Sequence record: NC_031039.1
Reading direction: 5' to 3' (one strand)
Length of the DNA: 64,000 bases
Below are positions 28,992 to 38,520 of the stretch, piece by piece; position 1 is the first letter of the stretch, and every line of letters begins with the position of its first letter. A model generated the notes under the pieces. It had not been told where the DNA came from. It saw only the letters and a program-made list of their open reading frames with translations, and made no database searches. Made by a program: the position numbers and the translations under genes.

Positions 28992-30587
28992 ATGTCCGTA
29001 GAATATCGAACTAATCATTCAACTGGAACAACTGATGAATTCAGTCAAACATTAAAAGAAAGTCATCAATATTTCTTACAAACTCAACAAGTAAACATCC
29101 TTGGAGAAGGCTTCAGTGATGTTCTTTCTGAAGCATCCACTTTTAGTGCTTATGTAGATAAATTAGTAGAAGGCTTAGATGCAACTGAAGAAGCAGATAT
29201 GCGTCAATTACTTGCAAACAACCGTCAAGCAATCCTTCAAGAGTCCGTAGTTGCAGGTATCCCTCCAATTGCGTCTCTATCTATGCCAACTATTCGTAAA
29301 ATGTGGGCTAAGATTGCATTGAAATATGCTATTCCTACTGAACCTGTTAAAACACCTGCTTTCTCTGTATCATTCTCTAAACCTTATATCATTGATTCAG
29401 TATCAGGTGAAAAACATTATCTTCCAGAATCTCTTCGTTCTTTAGATAATGGACTTGCTGAAAAAACAAAACTTTCTTCTCAAGCTTATGAGCTACCTTT
29501 GGATAACAAAGATCTTCTTGCTGATGTAGGTGCTTCTGCACAAGCTGGAGATGCAATTGATCGCCGTTTCCATATTGTTGAAGTTGAAGTTTCTGCGGCA
29601 AGTGCGACTGGAACAGCTGAGACTGCTGAAACAGTTAAAGTAAAAGTTAACTCTAAAATTGATATTAACAACAAACTATATGCTGAAGTTAAAGCTAAAC
29701 ACTCTGATGGTACTGTAACTTCTGACGTACTTATGGGTGCTGTTGATCCAGAAAAAGGTACTGTTAGCTTAGTATCTCTTCGTCAAGCAGTTAAAAAAGT
29801 TGTATTCCTTGGTTATGTATCTTCTGAGGCTCATAACAGAGCAACTAACGTATCTTTCGATATTGAACGTAGAGATATCACTATCGGAACTGGCGAACAC
29901 TTAGAGGCTTCTCTACCACTTGAAATGCTAACTGATACAATGGCACTTTATCAAATTGATGGTGCTAATGAAGTGGTAGACACAATGTCTAACGTTACAG
30001 CTCAAAAAGTTGACCAAGAAATTTATAATTTCATTGATGCGGCTTTCCAATCTAACCCTACTTATATGGGTAAATTTAACGTTCATCCTGCACCTCAGTT
30101 TGCTGGAAATCCTAGAGACTGGTTGGATGGTATCAAACGAGTAATTGATTACTTTGCTCAAAAAATTAAATCTGAAACTTACTACTACCAAGGTTACTTT
30201 GTAATTGTTGGGAACCCACTTGATACTGCTTTGATTCCAAATGTTACTTGGACATTTAACCGAGTATCAGATGCTCAAAATGGTATTGAAGTAGATTACA
30301 GTATTGGAGCTGTTTCTGGTGCAAGCCGTTACACAATTGTTTCTTCTGACTTGATTCCTCAAGGCGAATTGACAATGTTCATGGTTCCACTTACTAATAA
30401 ATTTATGACGTTCAAGTACTATCCGTACACTTTCAATGTTGTACACAACTACCTGAACACTCGTAATCCTAATATTCCTTCCATTATGATGACTAAACGT
30501 CATACCCTTGAAGAGTTCCTTCCAATGGTATGCAAAATCAAAATTGAGAACAATGATGGTACTCTTGTTTCTCAATATAATGGATAA
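28992..30587 (+). CDS. Major capsid protein precursor (T4 gp23-like)
   Basis: 531 aa with strong codon bias. ILQE|S putative cleavage site, P.IR...P...V.TEP pattern, C-terminal Y.FKYYPY...MTKR. Late promoter at 28883-28894. Confidence 0.85.
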   Translation: MSVEYRTNHSTGTTDEFSQTLKESHQYFLQTQQVNILGEGFSDVLSEASTFSAYVDKLVEGLDATEEADMRQLLANNRQAILQESVVAGIPPIASLSMPTIRKMWAKIALKYAIPTEPVKTPAFSVSFSKPYIIDSVSGEKHYLPESLRSLDNGLAEKTKLSSQAYELPLDNKDLLADVGASAQAGDAIDRRFHIVEVEVSAASATGTAETAETVKVKVNSKIDINNKLYAEVKAKHSDGTVTSDVLMGAVDPEKGTVSLVSLRQAVKKVVFLGYVSSEAHNRATNVSFDIERRDITIGTGEHLEASLPLEMLTDTMALYQIDGANEVVDTMSNVTAQKVDQEIYNFIDAAFQSNPTYMGKFNVHPAPQFAGNPRDWLDGIKRVIDYFAQKIKSETYYYQGYFVIVGNPLDTALIPNVTWTFNRVSDAQNGIEVDYSIGAVSGASRYTIVSSDLIPQGELTMFMVPLTNKFMTFKYYPYTFNVVHNYLNTRNPNIPSIMMTKRHTLEEFLPMVCKIKIENNDGTLVSQYNG

Positions 30588-30653
30588 TAAATAAAAATAT
30601 CAGTTGTGACCATAACGGTTACAACTGATATTTATTTTAAGAGGTGTAGATGT

Positions 30654-31625
30654 ATGGTAGATACTATTTTACTAGAAAAAATTTATCATAGAACAGAATT
30701 GGATCAATTAGATGAATGCTTTGAAGAAATACTTAATCTACTACCATCGAAGAATTTTAAAGATGCTGGTTTTAAAAGGAATATATCAAAAATAGAAAAA
30801 CTCTTGAAGAGTACTTTTAATATAGATTGTAAAATTTTTCTTCATCCAACATTAAGTAATAAAGTAAGTTATGGTATGAGAATTTTTCCTTCTTATGAAG
30901 AAATGAAAGGACAATATTTAGAAGCCATTGAATCTAAGAAAAAAGGTTATCAGTTAATCGATTGTCATAATGTATCAATTGAAATTGAAGGATCTCTTTT
31001 AAACCTATTTAAAAGAGAAGGAGCAACATCTAGAATGCTAACTGCAATTTTAATTCATGAAATTGGACATAAAGTATATGTTAAAGTTCAAAATGCTCTT
31101 AGGGATGAAGAAAATTCCAAGAATATGGCTAATATTGGTTATGGTATGGGATTAGCTATGGCAGTACTCTCTATGACCGTTAGAATGGGTAAGAGAACTT
31201 TATCAGTTCCATTAACTGTAATGAGCCCAATTATAGGTTTTGTAGGTTTGGTTATGATTGTAATGGGTACAAGTTCTCTTATGGATTTTGTTGCAAATAA
31301 ATATTATTCAGAGAGAGAAATATATAGTGATAGCTTAGCAGTTAAATATGGATATGCTGATGAGATGTATCAGACACTCTCAATGCTTCAAAATCATACT
31401 AACTCAACTCATAAAATTAGTACGAATGTATTTATTAATTGGATAAGGAAAAATTTAAACTTCTATTATTTAAGAAGAAAAGGAGTTATTGATGTTCTCA
31501 AGAAAGAATATCAAACTGCTGAAACAGAATTAGAGAAAGAGTTGATTAAGAAAGTACTAATTGATTTAAATAATAAGCAGAATAAAGATTTTGGTGAGGA
31601 TAATACTCTTTTATTAAAAAAATAA
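30654..31625 (+). CDS. Putative zinc metalloprotease (HExxH)
   Basis: ILIHEIGH, downstream E..SD..A..YGY and a hydrophobic hairpin. Confidence 0.65.
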   Translation: MVDTILLEKIYHRTELDQLDECFEEILNLLPSKNFKDAGFKRNISKIEKLLKSTFNIDCKIFLHPTLSNKVSYGMRIFPSYEEMKGQYLEAIESKKKGYQLIDCHNVSIEIEGSLLNLFKREGATSRMLTAILIHEIGHKVYVKVQNALRDEENSKNMANIGYGMGLAMAVLSMTVRMGKRTLSVPLTVMSPIIGFVGLVMIVMGTSSLMDFVANKYYSEREIYSDSLAVKYGYADEMYQTLSMLQNHTNSTHKISTNVFINWIRKNLNFYYLRRKGVIDVLKKEYQTAETELEKELIKKVLIDLNNKQNKDFGEDNTLLLKK

Positions 31626-31659
31626 AGAAGGGCAAAGTAGCTGTCCTTCTTTATTGTAA

Positions 31660-31848
31660 CTATTCAGTTATTAATTGTCCAAGATTATCAACTATATTAT
31701 TAGCAAATGGTCCAATATCATACAATTCATCTTCCATATCATTTAGTTCTCCGATAAATTCGCTATTGCTATCATCATCTAATTCTACAAAATCAAAACT
31801 AATTTCATCAATACCATCAAGTAGTTCTTTGACCTCCGCTTTGCTCAT
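31660..31848 (-). CDS. Small acidic hypothetical protein
   Basis: GGAGG RBS; highly D/E-rich. Confidence 0.55.
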   Translation of the reverse strand: MSKAEVKELLDGIDEISFDFVELDDDSNSEFIGELNDMEDELYDIGPFANNIVDNLGQLITE

Positions 31849-31981
31849 TTCAAATTCCTCCTTGAGTGAGAGTTGGTATTTCTAGATGTTTTTATTTTAA
31901 CCAGAAAACTTCATCTTGAAACTCAAAAAAGAAAAAAAAATTCACCTGAACTAGTTTATGCAGGTGAATCTCTAAGATGTC

Positions 31982-32695
31982 TTATGTTAGTTTAGTTAGT
32001 AGGATTCTAAATCCATTTACACTAACAGGGGAATATTGAATACTAGTTATATTTTTATCTGGAAATTGGTTTCTTATATAACTTTCAGTTTCTTCATTTT
32101 CAGGTATAGCAAAATAATCCAAAATGGAGTTATCACTATTTTCAAATGTTATAAAAGCACCATATAATTTATACTCAAATCCTTCTATTCCATGAGTTTT
32201 CTTATATTCAGTAATTATCTTATCGGATATTCCCATTGTTTCTAAAGCAGTTAATATCATTTTTTCAGAAAGATCACCAAGTTTGTCGATACTCTTTAAT
32301 CTTTTTTTACTCATATAATCTATTAATTTACTTAGATTATCTAAACCATTCCGTCTTAATAAGTTAAACGTTCTTAAATCTAGTAAATCTTTATCAATTT
32401 GATATGTTAAATTTTTCTTTCTTTTACCTTCTTGTATTTCTTCATTTTTACATTTTTCAAATGCTGTCCATACTAACTGATTTACTCTTGCTGATGATAG
32501 ATTTACGATCTGTCCTACTTCTTCATTAGAAAGTATTCTATCTCCACCAAATTTTATAATTACTGTCTGTAATTCATTATTCGTAATCACATCTTTGTTT
32601 CTTTTAAAGAATTTAATTACATCCTCTAATTCATAATTGATTCCAAAGTATTCTATTATTTCCTTGTCAATATTTCTTCTCTCTTTTCGTACCAA
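31982..32695 (-). CDS. Sigma-70 region-4 HTH fused to an RNAP alpha-CTD-like domain
   Basis: LSNEEVGQIVNLSSARVNQLVWTAFEK (sigma4-like) and LLDLRTFNLLRRNGLDNLSKL...LKSIDKLGDLSEKMI (alpha-CTD-like). Confidence 0.7.
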   Translation of the reverse strand: MVRKERRNIDKEIIEYFGINYELEDVIKFFKRNKDVITNNELQTVIIKFGGDRILSNEEVGQIVNLSSARVNQLVWTAFEKCKNEEIQEGKRKKNLTYQIDKDLLDLRTFNLLRRNGLDNLSKLIDYMSKKRLKSIDKLGDLSEKMILTALETMGISDKIITEYKKTHGIEGFEYKLYGAFITFENSDNSILDYFAIPENEETESYIRNQFPDKNITSIQYSPVSVNGFRILLTKLT

Positions 32696-32801
32696 TGACT
32701 TTCTCTCCTTTCACTCTTTCTCATATATAATATATACTTAGTTTTATATTTTAATACGGTACAAACATTCTATTAAAATATCATAATAGGAGGTTGATTA
32801 A

Positions 32802-35800
32802 ATGTATGATTATTCTACTAGAAACCTAAGTTTTATTAAGATCTGGAAGTTTCTAAAAGATCAAGGTATAAAAAATAATAAATTCTTTTTAAAATTAAAT
32901 GATGAAACATTACAAGGTGTTGATCCATATGATCCAAATTTAACTGATGAACAAAAGGTAAGAATACAGGTTGAAGTAATGACTAACTTTTGGTATTTCT
33001 TGAGGGAAGTAGTGCGAATTCCTGAATCGGGTGGTTCTATTCATTTCATGCTACACAGAGCTAATCTCGGTCAAATGTTTCTTATGGAAAATAATATTGA
33101 TATGATTGAGATACTACCTCGTCAGAATGGAAAAACAATTGGGGCTGTATGTCGATATATATGGGTATATCATTGGGCTACCAAAAATACTCATATGATT
33201 TTTAGTAATAAACAATACGCCGATTCCCAATTAAATATTAAACGTTTCAATGATATAACAGAATTATTACCAAGTTATTTAAAAACGCATTTAGACCCTA
33301 AAAAAGATACAAATAACTTAGCTCAAATTTCATGTGCAAAGAATAATAATAAAATTGATGCAATGAGTACTGCTAGGACTGTTACTGACGCTGACAAACT
33401 GGGTTAACTAACTATGGCTCAGTATAAACTCCTTTAATTTCTGGAACGTCCTTCCAAGGATAATCAGAAGCTAAGACTTTTAAAAGTAAAGTTCAACGAC
33501 TATCGAAACCGACTTATCAGATCGTTGTGATAACGCTAGATAGGGATAAGGGAGTAGAGTAGAATACAAGCTATAGGTATTCAAAAAGGGGAGCGCCGTA
33601 TTTAGGTGAAGATATAGTCTCATCTCTATGGTAACATAGAGCAGTTCATAAGAGAACGGTATAGGCGTAGCGAACCTATATGAAGGTAACTTGCGTGGTT
33701 GTACAGTGCCAATTATATGGTTAAATTTTTAGCCCATTATAATAGTGATATTATAATGAATCCTTCTTAACTGCTGGGATATCCTTTTAGGACAATCAGC
33801 ATCCAAGCATTGTTATATAAATAACAATGAAGGTTCAACGACTATCGAAACCGACTTATCAGATCGTTGTGATAACGCTAGATATGGGTAAGGGAGTAGA
33901 GTACGACTCAAGCGATTGGAGTTGGAAATGGAAGGCATCTCAATGAGATGAAGATATAGTCTCATCTTCATGGTAACATGGAGCAGTTCATAAGAGAACG
34001 GTATAGGTGTAGCGAACCTATATGAAGATAATGATGATGAATTTGCATTTTTAAAATATAATGATACGGTATACGCTAAACTGGTGCAAACTGGCGTATT
34101 AAAACTCTCTTAACTGCTGGAAACTCCTAAAGTCTTTAGTACCAAAGTGTAATAATCTAAAGGATATATGGACAATCAGCATCCAAGCATTGTTATAAAT
34201 AACAATGAAGGTTCAACGACTATCGAAAAATATAATTTGTATTATGTTGAGTAGAGTACTTTCAAGCGAAAGGAAAAGGAGAGCATGATGAAGGTATTAA
34301 ATACTGGAGTGAAGATATAGTCTCATCTCTATGGAAACATAGAGCAGTTCATAAGAGAACGCATTAGACGTAGCGAATCTAATGGAAGGTAATTATGAGT
34401 GCTGCACCAGCACTATCAAAAGCGTCAGAAGCCGCACAGCGTAATGGTACTCCTTATGGGAAATTAATTACAACAACTCCTAAACTATTGGGCAATACAT
34501 TAGTAATAATGTAATTGAATCTTCCTTAACTGCTGGAAAATCCTATATGGACAATCAGCATCCAAGCATTGTTATAAATAACAATGAAGGTTCAACGACT
34601 ATCGAAACCACTCTAACAGATCGTTGTGATAACGCTAGTTAGAAGGAAGGGAGTAGAGTACAACCTAAGTGATTGAGGTTGGAAAAGGGAAGCATCTCAA
34701 TGAGATGAAGATATAGTCTCATCTTCATGGTAACATGAAGCAGTTCATAAGAGAACGCATTAGATGTAGCGAATCTAATGGAAGATAAATGAATGATCTT
34801 GATACAGAAATGGGTAAATATTGTAAGGGTATGATTGATGATGCATGTCCATTTGATGAAGCTTGGTATGATTGGGATATTGATGAAATTAAAAAATATA
34901 TTGAACAGAACTCTCGAAATGACTTTGTTTATTTAGTATTTAACTATAAAGAGTTAGGGCATGATGACAAATGGTATCAAAAACAATGTCGTCAGCTCAA
35001 TAATGACTTATTAAAAATTAAACGTGAAATATTATTAGAATGGACATTGGCTAACGATACTTCACCTTTTTCAGAGGAACAATTAGCAGAAATTGAGCAA
35101 CATGCAGGTGAACCTATTGGTAAGTTTTATGTAATGAAAAGATATAAATTTGAAATTTTCAGTGAAATGCGAAATATATTTAAAAAATCATGGCTAATCG
35201 GTATAGATATTGGAGCAGGTTTGAATCGAGATTTTACAGTGATATCTATTATTGATCCTAAAGATATGGTTCAAAAAGCAGTATTTAGAAGTAATAATAT
35301 ATCTTTACCTGATTTAAAAGATTTGGTTATACACCTAGTATTAGAATTTTGTCCTAATGGTGTCATTATTCCAGAACGAAATAACTTAGGTATCTCTTTA
35401 ATACAAGATCTACTACGTTCAGAAGTAGCTAATAACTTATATTATGAAGTTAGAGAAGTAAAGGGAGAAAAGAAAGTTGATGACCCAAAAAGATCATCTA
35501 AAAAGACAGTTAAGACTAAAACAAGAGTTTATGGGGTTACTACTAGTAAAGATAGTCGGGATATAATGATCAATGAGATTCTTAGTAATGCAGTTAATGA
35601 TACTCCATATGTGTTTACAAGTAAATATATTTTTGAAGAATTAAGAACATTAGAAAGAAATAAGAAAGGAAAGATTGAACATAGGGATGGAGGTCATGAT
35701 GATACATTATTCTCATGGCTAGTGGCATGCTATGCTTTCTTATATGGAAATAATATAAATAAATTTGTTAAAGTCATCAGTGATGGCGATAATAATGAGA

Positions 35801-36003
35801 ATGAAGAAAATAATAAAGATAGAGCTAGAAATATTCATGCATTGTCTAAAATTAATAGTGGTGAAAAATCACAGAGTGAAATATTATTAGAAATGTATAA
35901 GAATGAAAGTAGATTTTTTGAAGATCATAATGAGAATGATAATAATATTAGAAAGCAAAAAAGAATGAAAAGCCTAAATTTTATTACTAGTTTAAATAGA
36001 TAA
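32802..36003 (+). CDS. terL: Terminase large subunit; spliced, exons 32802-33404, 33694-33721, 34034-34077, 34398-34481, 34792-36003 (656 aa)
   Basis: Walker A PRQNGKT. Spliced text DKLG|RGCTVPIIW(Y)DEFAFLKYNDTVYA|SAAPAL...LITTTP|NDLDTEMG. RNase-H-like IGIDIGAGLNRDFTV...HDD. Total 1971 nt, in frame. Confidence 0.92.
33405..33693 (+). ncRNA. Group I intron terL-1 (289 nt, no ORF)
   Basis: P1 ACTGGGT|...GCTCAGT; core motifs present; terminal G. Confidence 0.9.
33722..34033 (+). ncRNA. Group I intron terL-2 (312 nt, no ORF)
   Basis: Core motifs present; splits the Walker B Tyr codon (T|AT). Confidence 0.88.
34078..34397 (+). ncRNA. Group I intron terL-3 (320 nt, no ORF)
   Basis: P1 TACGCT|...GGCGTA; core motifs present; terminal G. 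Confidence 0.9.
34482..34791 (+). ncRNA. Group I intron terL-4 (310 nt, no ORF)
   Basis: Follows the TTTP coupling motif; core motifs present; terminal G. Confidence 0.9.
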
Positions 36004-36112
36004 ATGAAAGAATGTAGATGAAAATCTACATTCTTTTTTATATTGAAGAGAATTACTAACAAATTCATATGAATTTAATTAAAATTAGTTGACACATATA
36101 GGAGGAAGTCTA

Positions 36113-36883
36113 ATGGCTGAAATGATGGATGAACAAGAAGCAAAATTTTTAACAGATGAAGATATTGATCATGTAATTACATCTTTATCAGATGATATTA
36201 TTTTTGATAGTTTGAAAGAACAGATTAGTAATGTATTTGTACAATCTGATAGTAACCCAGTATATTATATTACTTATTTTACTGGTAAATATAATTATAT
36301 TATGAATAAATATTCAGAGTATGAAGAAGTATGTGAAAAAATAAAAGAAATTAGAGAAGAATTTTATGAAAAACTTAAAACACTAATTGAAGAAAAATTT
36401 GATTTTACATTAAATTTACCTGCATTCTTTGATGATGAAGAGAAGTTTAATATTATTGGGAACCTTTATGATTTCTTCATAATTAGAAATAAAGTAAATT
36501 CAGTTAATGTTATCTCTGGATATATTGACAAAGAAATTAAGGATCTTATTAAATACTATAAACCTTTAATTGATAAAAAAGATCTTACCTATAATAACAT
36601 CAAAAAGACTATTAATAAAGATATTGCAGTAATTATTTGTAAACTACCTGACATTATTTCAAATCTGACAGTGGAATCTGGTTTTGATCTAGTACAGCTA
36701 ATGATAGATGATGAACAAGAAATTACGAATATGGTTATTGGTACTTTATTTGATGAGAATACTGAATATATTAATATTGGGGAAAGCTTTATTGATAATA
36801 TTCTTAATGCTATTAAGAAAAATGAAGTATATTACTTGCAGGCTAGAACTCAATTAGTAAATAAATATTCAGATAAAAAATAA
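36113..36883 (+). CDS. Late hypothetical protein
   Basis: ATG at 36113 after GGAGG; late promoter at 36058-36069. Confidence 0.65.
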   Translation: MAEMMDEQEAKFLTDEDIDHVITSLSDDIIFDSLKEQISNVFVQSDSNPVYYITYFTGKYNYIMNKYSEYEEVCEKIKEIREEFYEKLKTLIEEKFDFTLNLPAFFDDEEKFNIIGNLYDFFIIRNKVNSVNVISGYIDKEIKDLIKYYKPLIDKKDLTYNNIKKTINKDIAVIICKLPDIISNLTVESGFDLVQLMIDDEQEITNMVIGTLFDENTEYINIGESFIDNILNAIKKNEVYYLQARTQLVNKYSDKK

Positions 36884-36897
36884 ATTATTGGAGGACT

Positions 36898-37614
36898 ATG
36901 AAGATGGCAGTTATCGACAGTAAAAATAATGACATGATTAAAACAATGAAAGGACTTCAAGAAAGTTCAGAATCACTATTAAAAACTTTTAAAGATCTAG
37001 GTTTAGATAAAGAAAATAAAGAAGATTTTGAGGTATTAGAAAAGTCTGCTAATGAAATTAAGCAAGAATTTGATACTATTGCTACGATTGAGGAAGAAGT
37101 TAAGAAATATTCTGGCTGTAGTGCTTTTATTAAACAGCTAGAAGAGGTTCTTGAAGATGATTCACAGAGTGAAGAATTAAAAGAAAAAATTAAGAGACAG
37201 ATTTTTATGATTAAAAGTAGTTATAATTTTAAAGCATTTAGTGAATTACAACCTACTTTAAAGCCTAAAACTTTACTTAATAATTATAAAGCATTACGAA
37301 ATAAAGCTGAAAATAAATTAAAGAATAATAATACTTTTACATTTAATACATCCTTTTATTTAGAAAAAATGATTAAAGGAGTATTACCAGATGATTTGAA
37401 ATCTTATTCTAGAATGACAGCGTCATATATTTATGCTTTTATTAATACTGCTTCTCTTAAGCGAGGCGGTTATGCTATCTTTGTTGGATTCTTAATTAAC
37501 AATATTAATAATTTAGATAAAGAATATCCAGAAAAAGAAGAATTGATTAATAATCTTATCAAATTAACTCAGTTACTAAAAGATGAATTAATTGGTAGTG
37601 CTAAAACAAAGTAA
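36898..37614 (+). CDS. Late hypothetical protein
   Basis: GGAGG RBS; co-transcribed with the previous gene. Confidence 0.65.
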   Translation: MKMAVIDSKNNDMIKTMKGLQESSESLLKTFKDLGLDKENKEDFEVLEKSANEIKQEFDTIATIEEEVKKYSGCSAFIKQLEEVLEDDSQSEELKEKIKRQIFMIKSSYNFKAFSELQPTLKPKTLLNNYKALRNKAENKLKNNNTFTFNTSFYLEKMIKGVLPDDLKSYSRMTASYIYAFINTASLKRGGYAIFVGFLINNINNLDKEYPEKEELINNLIKLTQLLKDELIGSAKTK

Positions 37615-37708
37615 ATAAATAAGTAAACCTATATATTAAATTATATATAGGTTTACTTATTATTAAAACATAATATTGAACTACTAAGTCATGAAAGGAG
37701 TTTAACAA

Positions 37709-38455
37709 TTGAAATATAATTTTTTAAAGAAAGTTGATAATAAAATAATTTTTGATGGTGAATATATGGAAGTTTATATTCCTAAAGACTATTTTTCAAA
37801 AGGAATTGCTAGTTATCATGGTGATATGGTGAATACATTAGGGGTTTTTAACTTTATGGTTTACACTCAACCAAAAGAATCCAAAAATAAAGGTGAGATT
37901 CATCTATTAAAGCTTCCTATGGAAATAAAGTTTGAATTTACAACATACCATGATATATCTACTAAATTAAGAGCAGACTTAGATAAGGACGATTATAGAG
38001 TTTTTCAATTGGAAAAAGGCTCTGTATTCATTGATAATGTTATTAAAGAACAATCTGCTGAAAACAGTAAAAAATTTATTTACCTACTTCATGGTGGAAA
38101 ATTACCTAAATCACTAAAGTACAGTGATATAATTGACTTATATCATGAAAGTATCTCTTTAAATAAAGTAAAATTAAATAACCCATCAGTAATATTTGAA
38201 TTAATCATTGCTGAACTATGTCGCTATAGAAATAATACAGAAGTTCCATTTAGAATGATGATTGGTAAAGAGAATGCTAAAGTATCCGACTATGACTATA
38301 ATAATATAGCTCTTAAGAAATTACCTGCTATTAACTCAACATTTAATGCAATGACATTTGAAGATATTAACCAAGCCATTATATCTTCTATTCGTAAAAC
38401 TCGTAATAATGAGAATGAAAATCCATCACCTGTAGAAAGAATAATTAAGTACTAA
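37709..38455 (+). CDS. Putative stand-alone RNA polymerase beta' extreme C-terminal fragment
   Basis: NPSVIFELIIAELCR resembles NDKHIEVIVRQMLR; NSTFNAMTFEDINQAI resembles ESFISAASFQETTRVL; PSPVERII resembles GLKENVI. Late promoter at 37667-37678. Confidence 0.65.
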   Translation: MKYNFLKKVDNKIIFDGEYMEVYIPKDYFSKGIASYHGDMVNTLGVFNFMVYTQPKESKNKGEIHLLKLPMEIKFEFTTYHDISTKLRADLDKDDYRVFQLEKGSVFIDNVIKEQSAENSKKFIYLLHGGKLPKSLKYSDIIDLYHESISLNKVKLNNPSVIFELIIAELCRYRNNTEVPFRMMIGKENAKVSDYDYNNIALKKLPAINSTFNAMTFEDINQAIISSIRKTRNNENENPSPVERIIKY

Positions 38456-38520
38456 AATTTTCTTATTTGTAAAAGAACATTTAATTAATGAAATAAAGAT
38501 TTCTGTAAAGGAGAGATAAA

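Noticed and set aside
29389-30575. Antisense ORFs within the capsid gene (and similar shadows at 2333, 3896, 12799, 19079, 40738, 53915, 58505, 59974, 62752)
   Set aside because: They are shadows of strongly biased coding strands, lack RBSs, and have implausible composition.
33400-34800. Regularly spaced ~300-400 bp repeats resembling a CRISPR or repeat array
   Set aside because: They are conserved cores of four tandem group I introns. The sequences between them are terminase exons that join in frame.
476-36003. Alternative genetic code or stop-codon readthrough to explain truncated RNAP, protease and terminase ORFs
   Set aside because: All premature stops fall inside identifiable introns, and uninterrupted genes use TAA, TAG and TGA normally.
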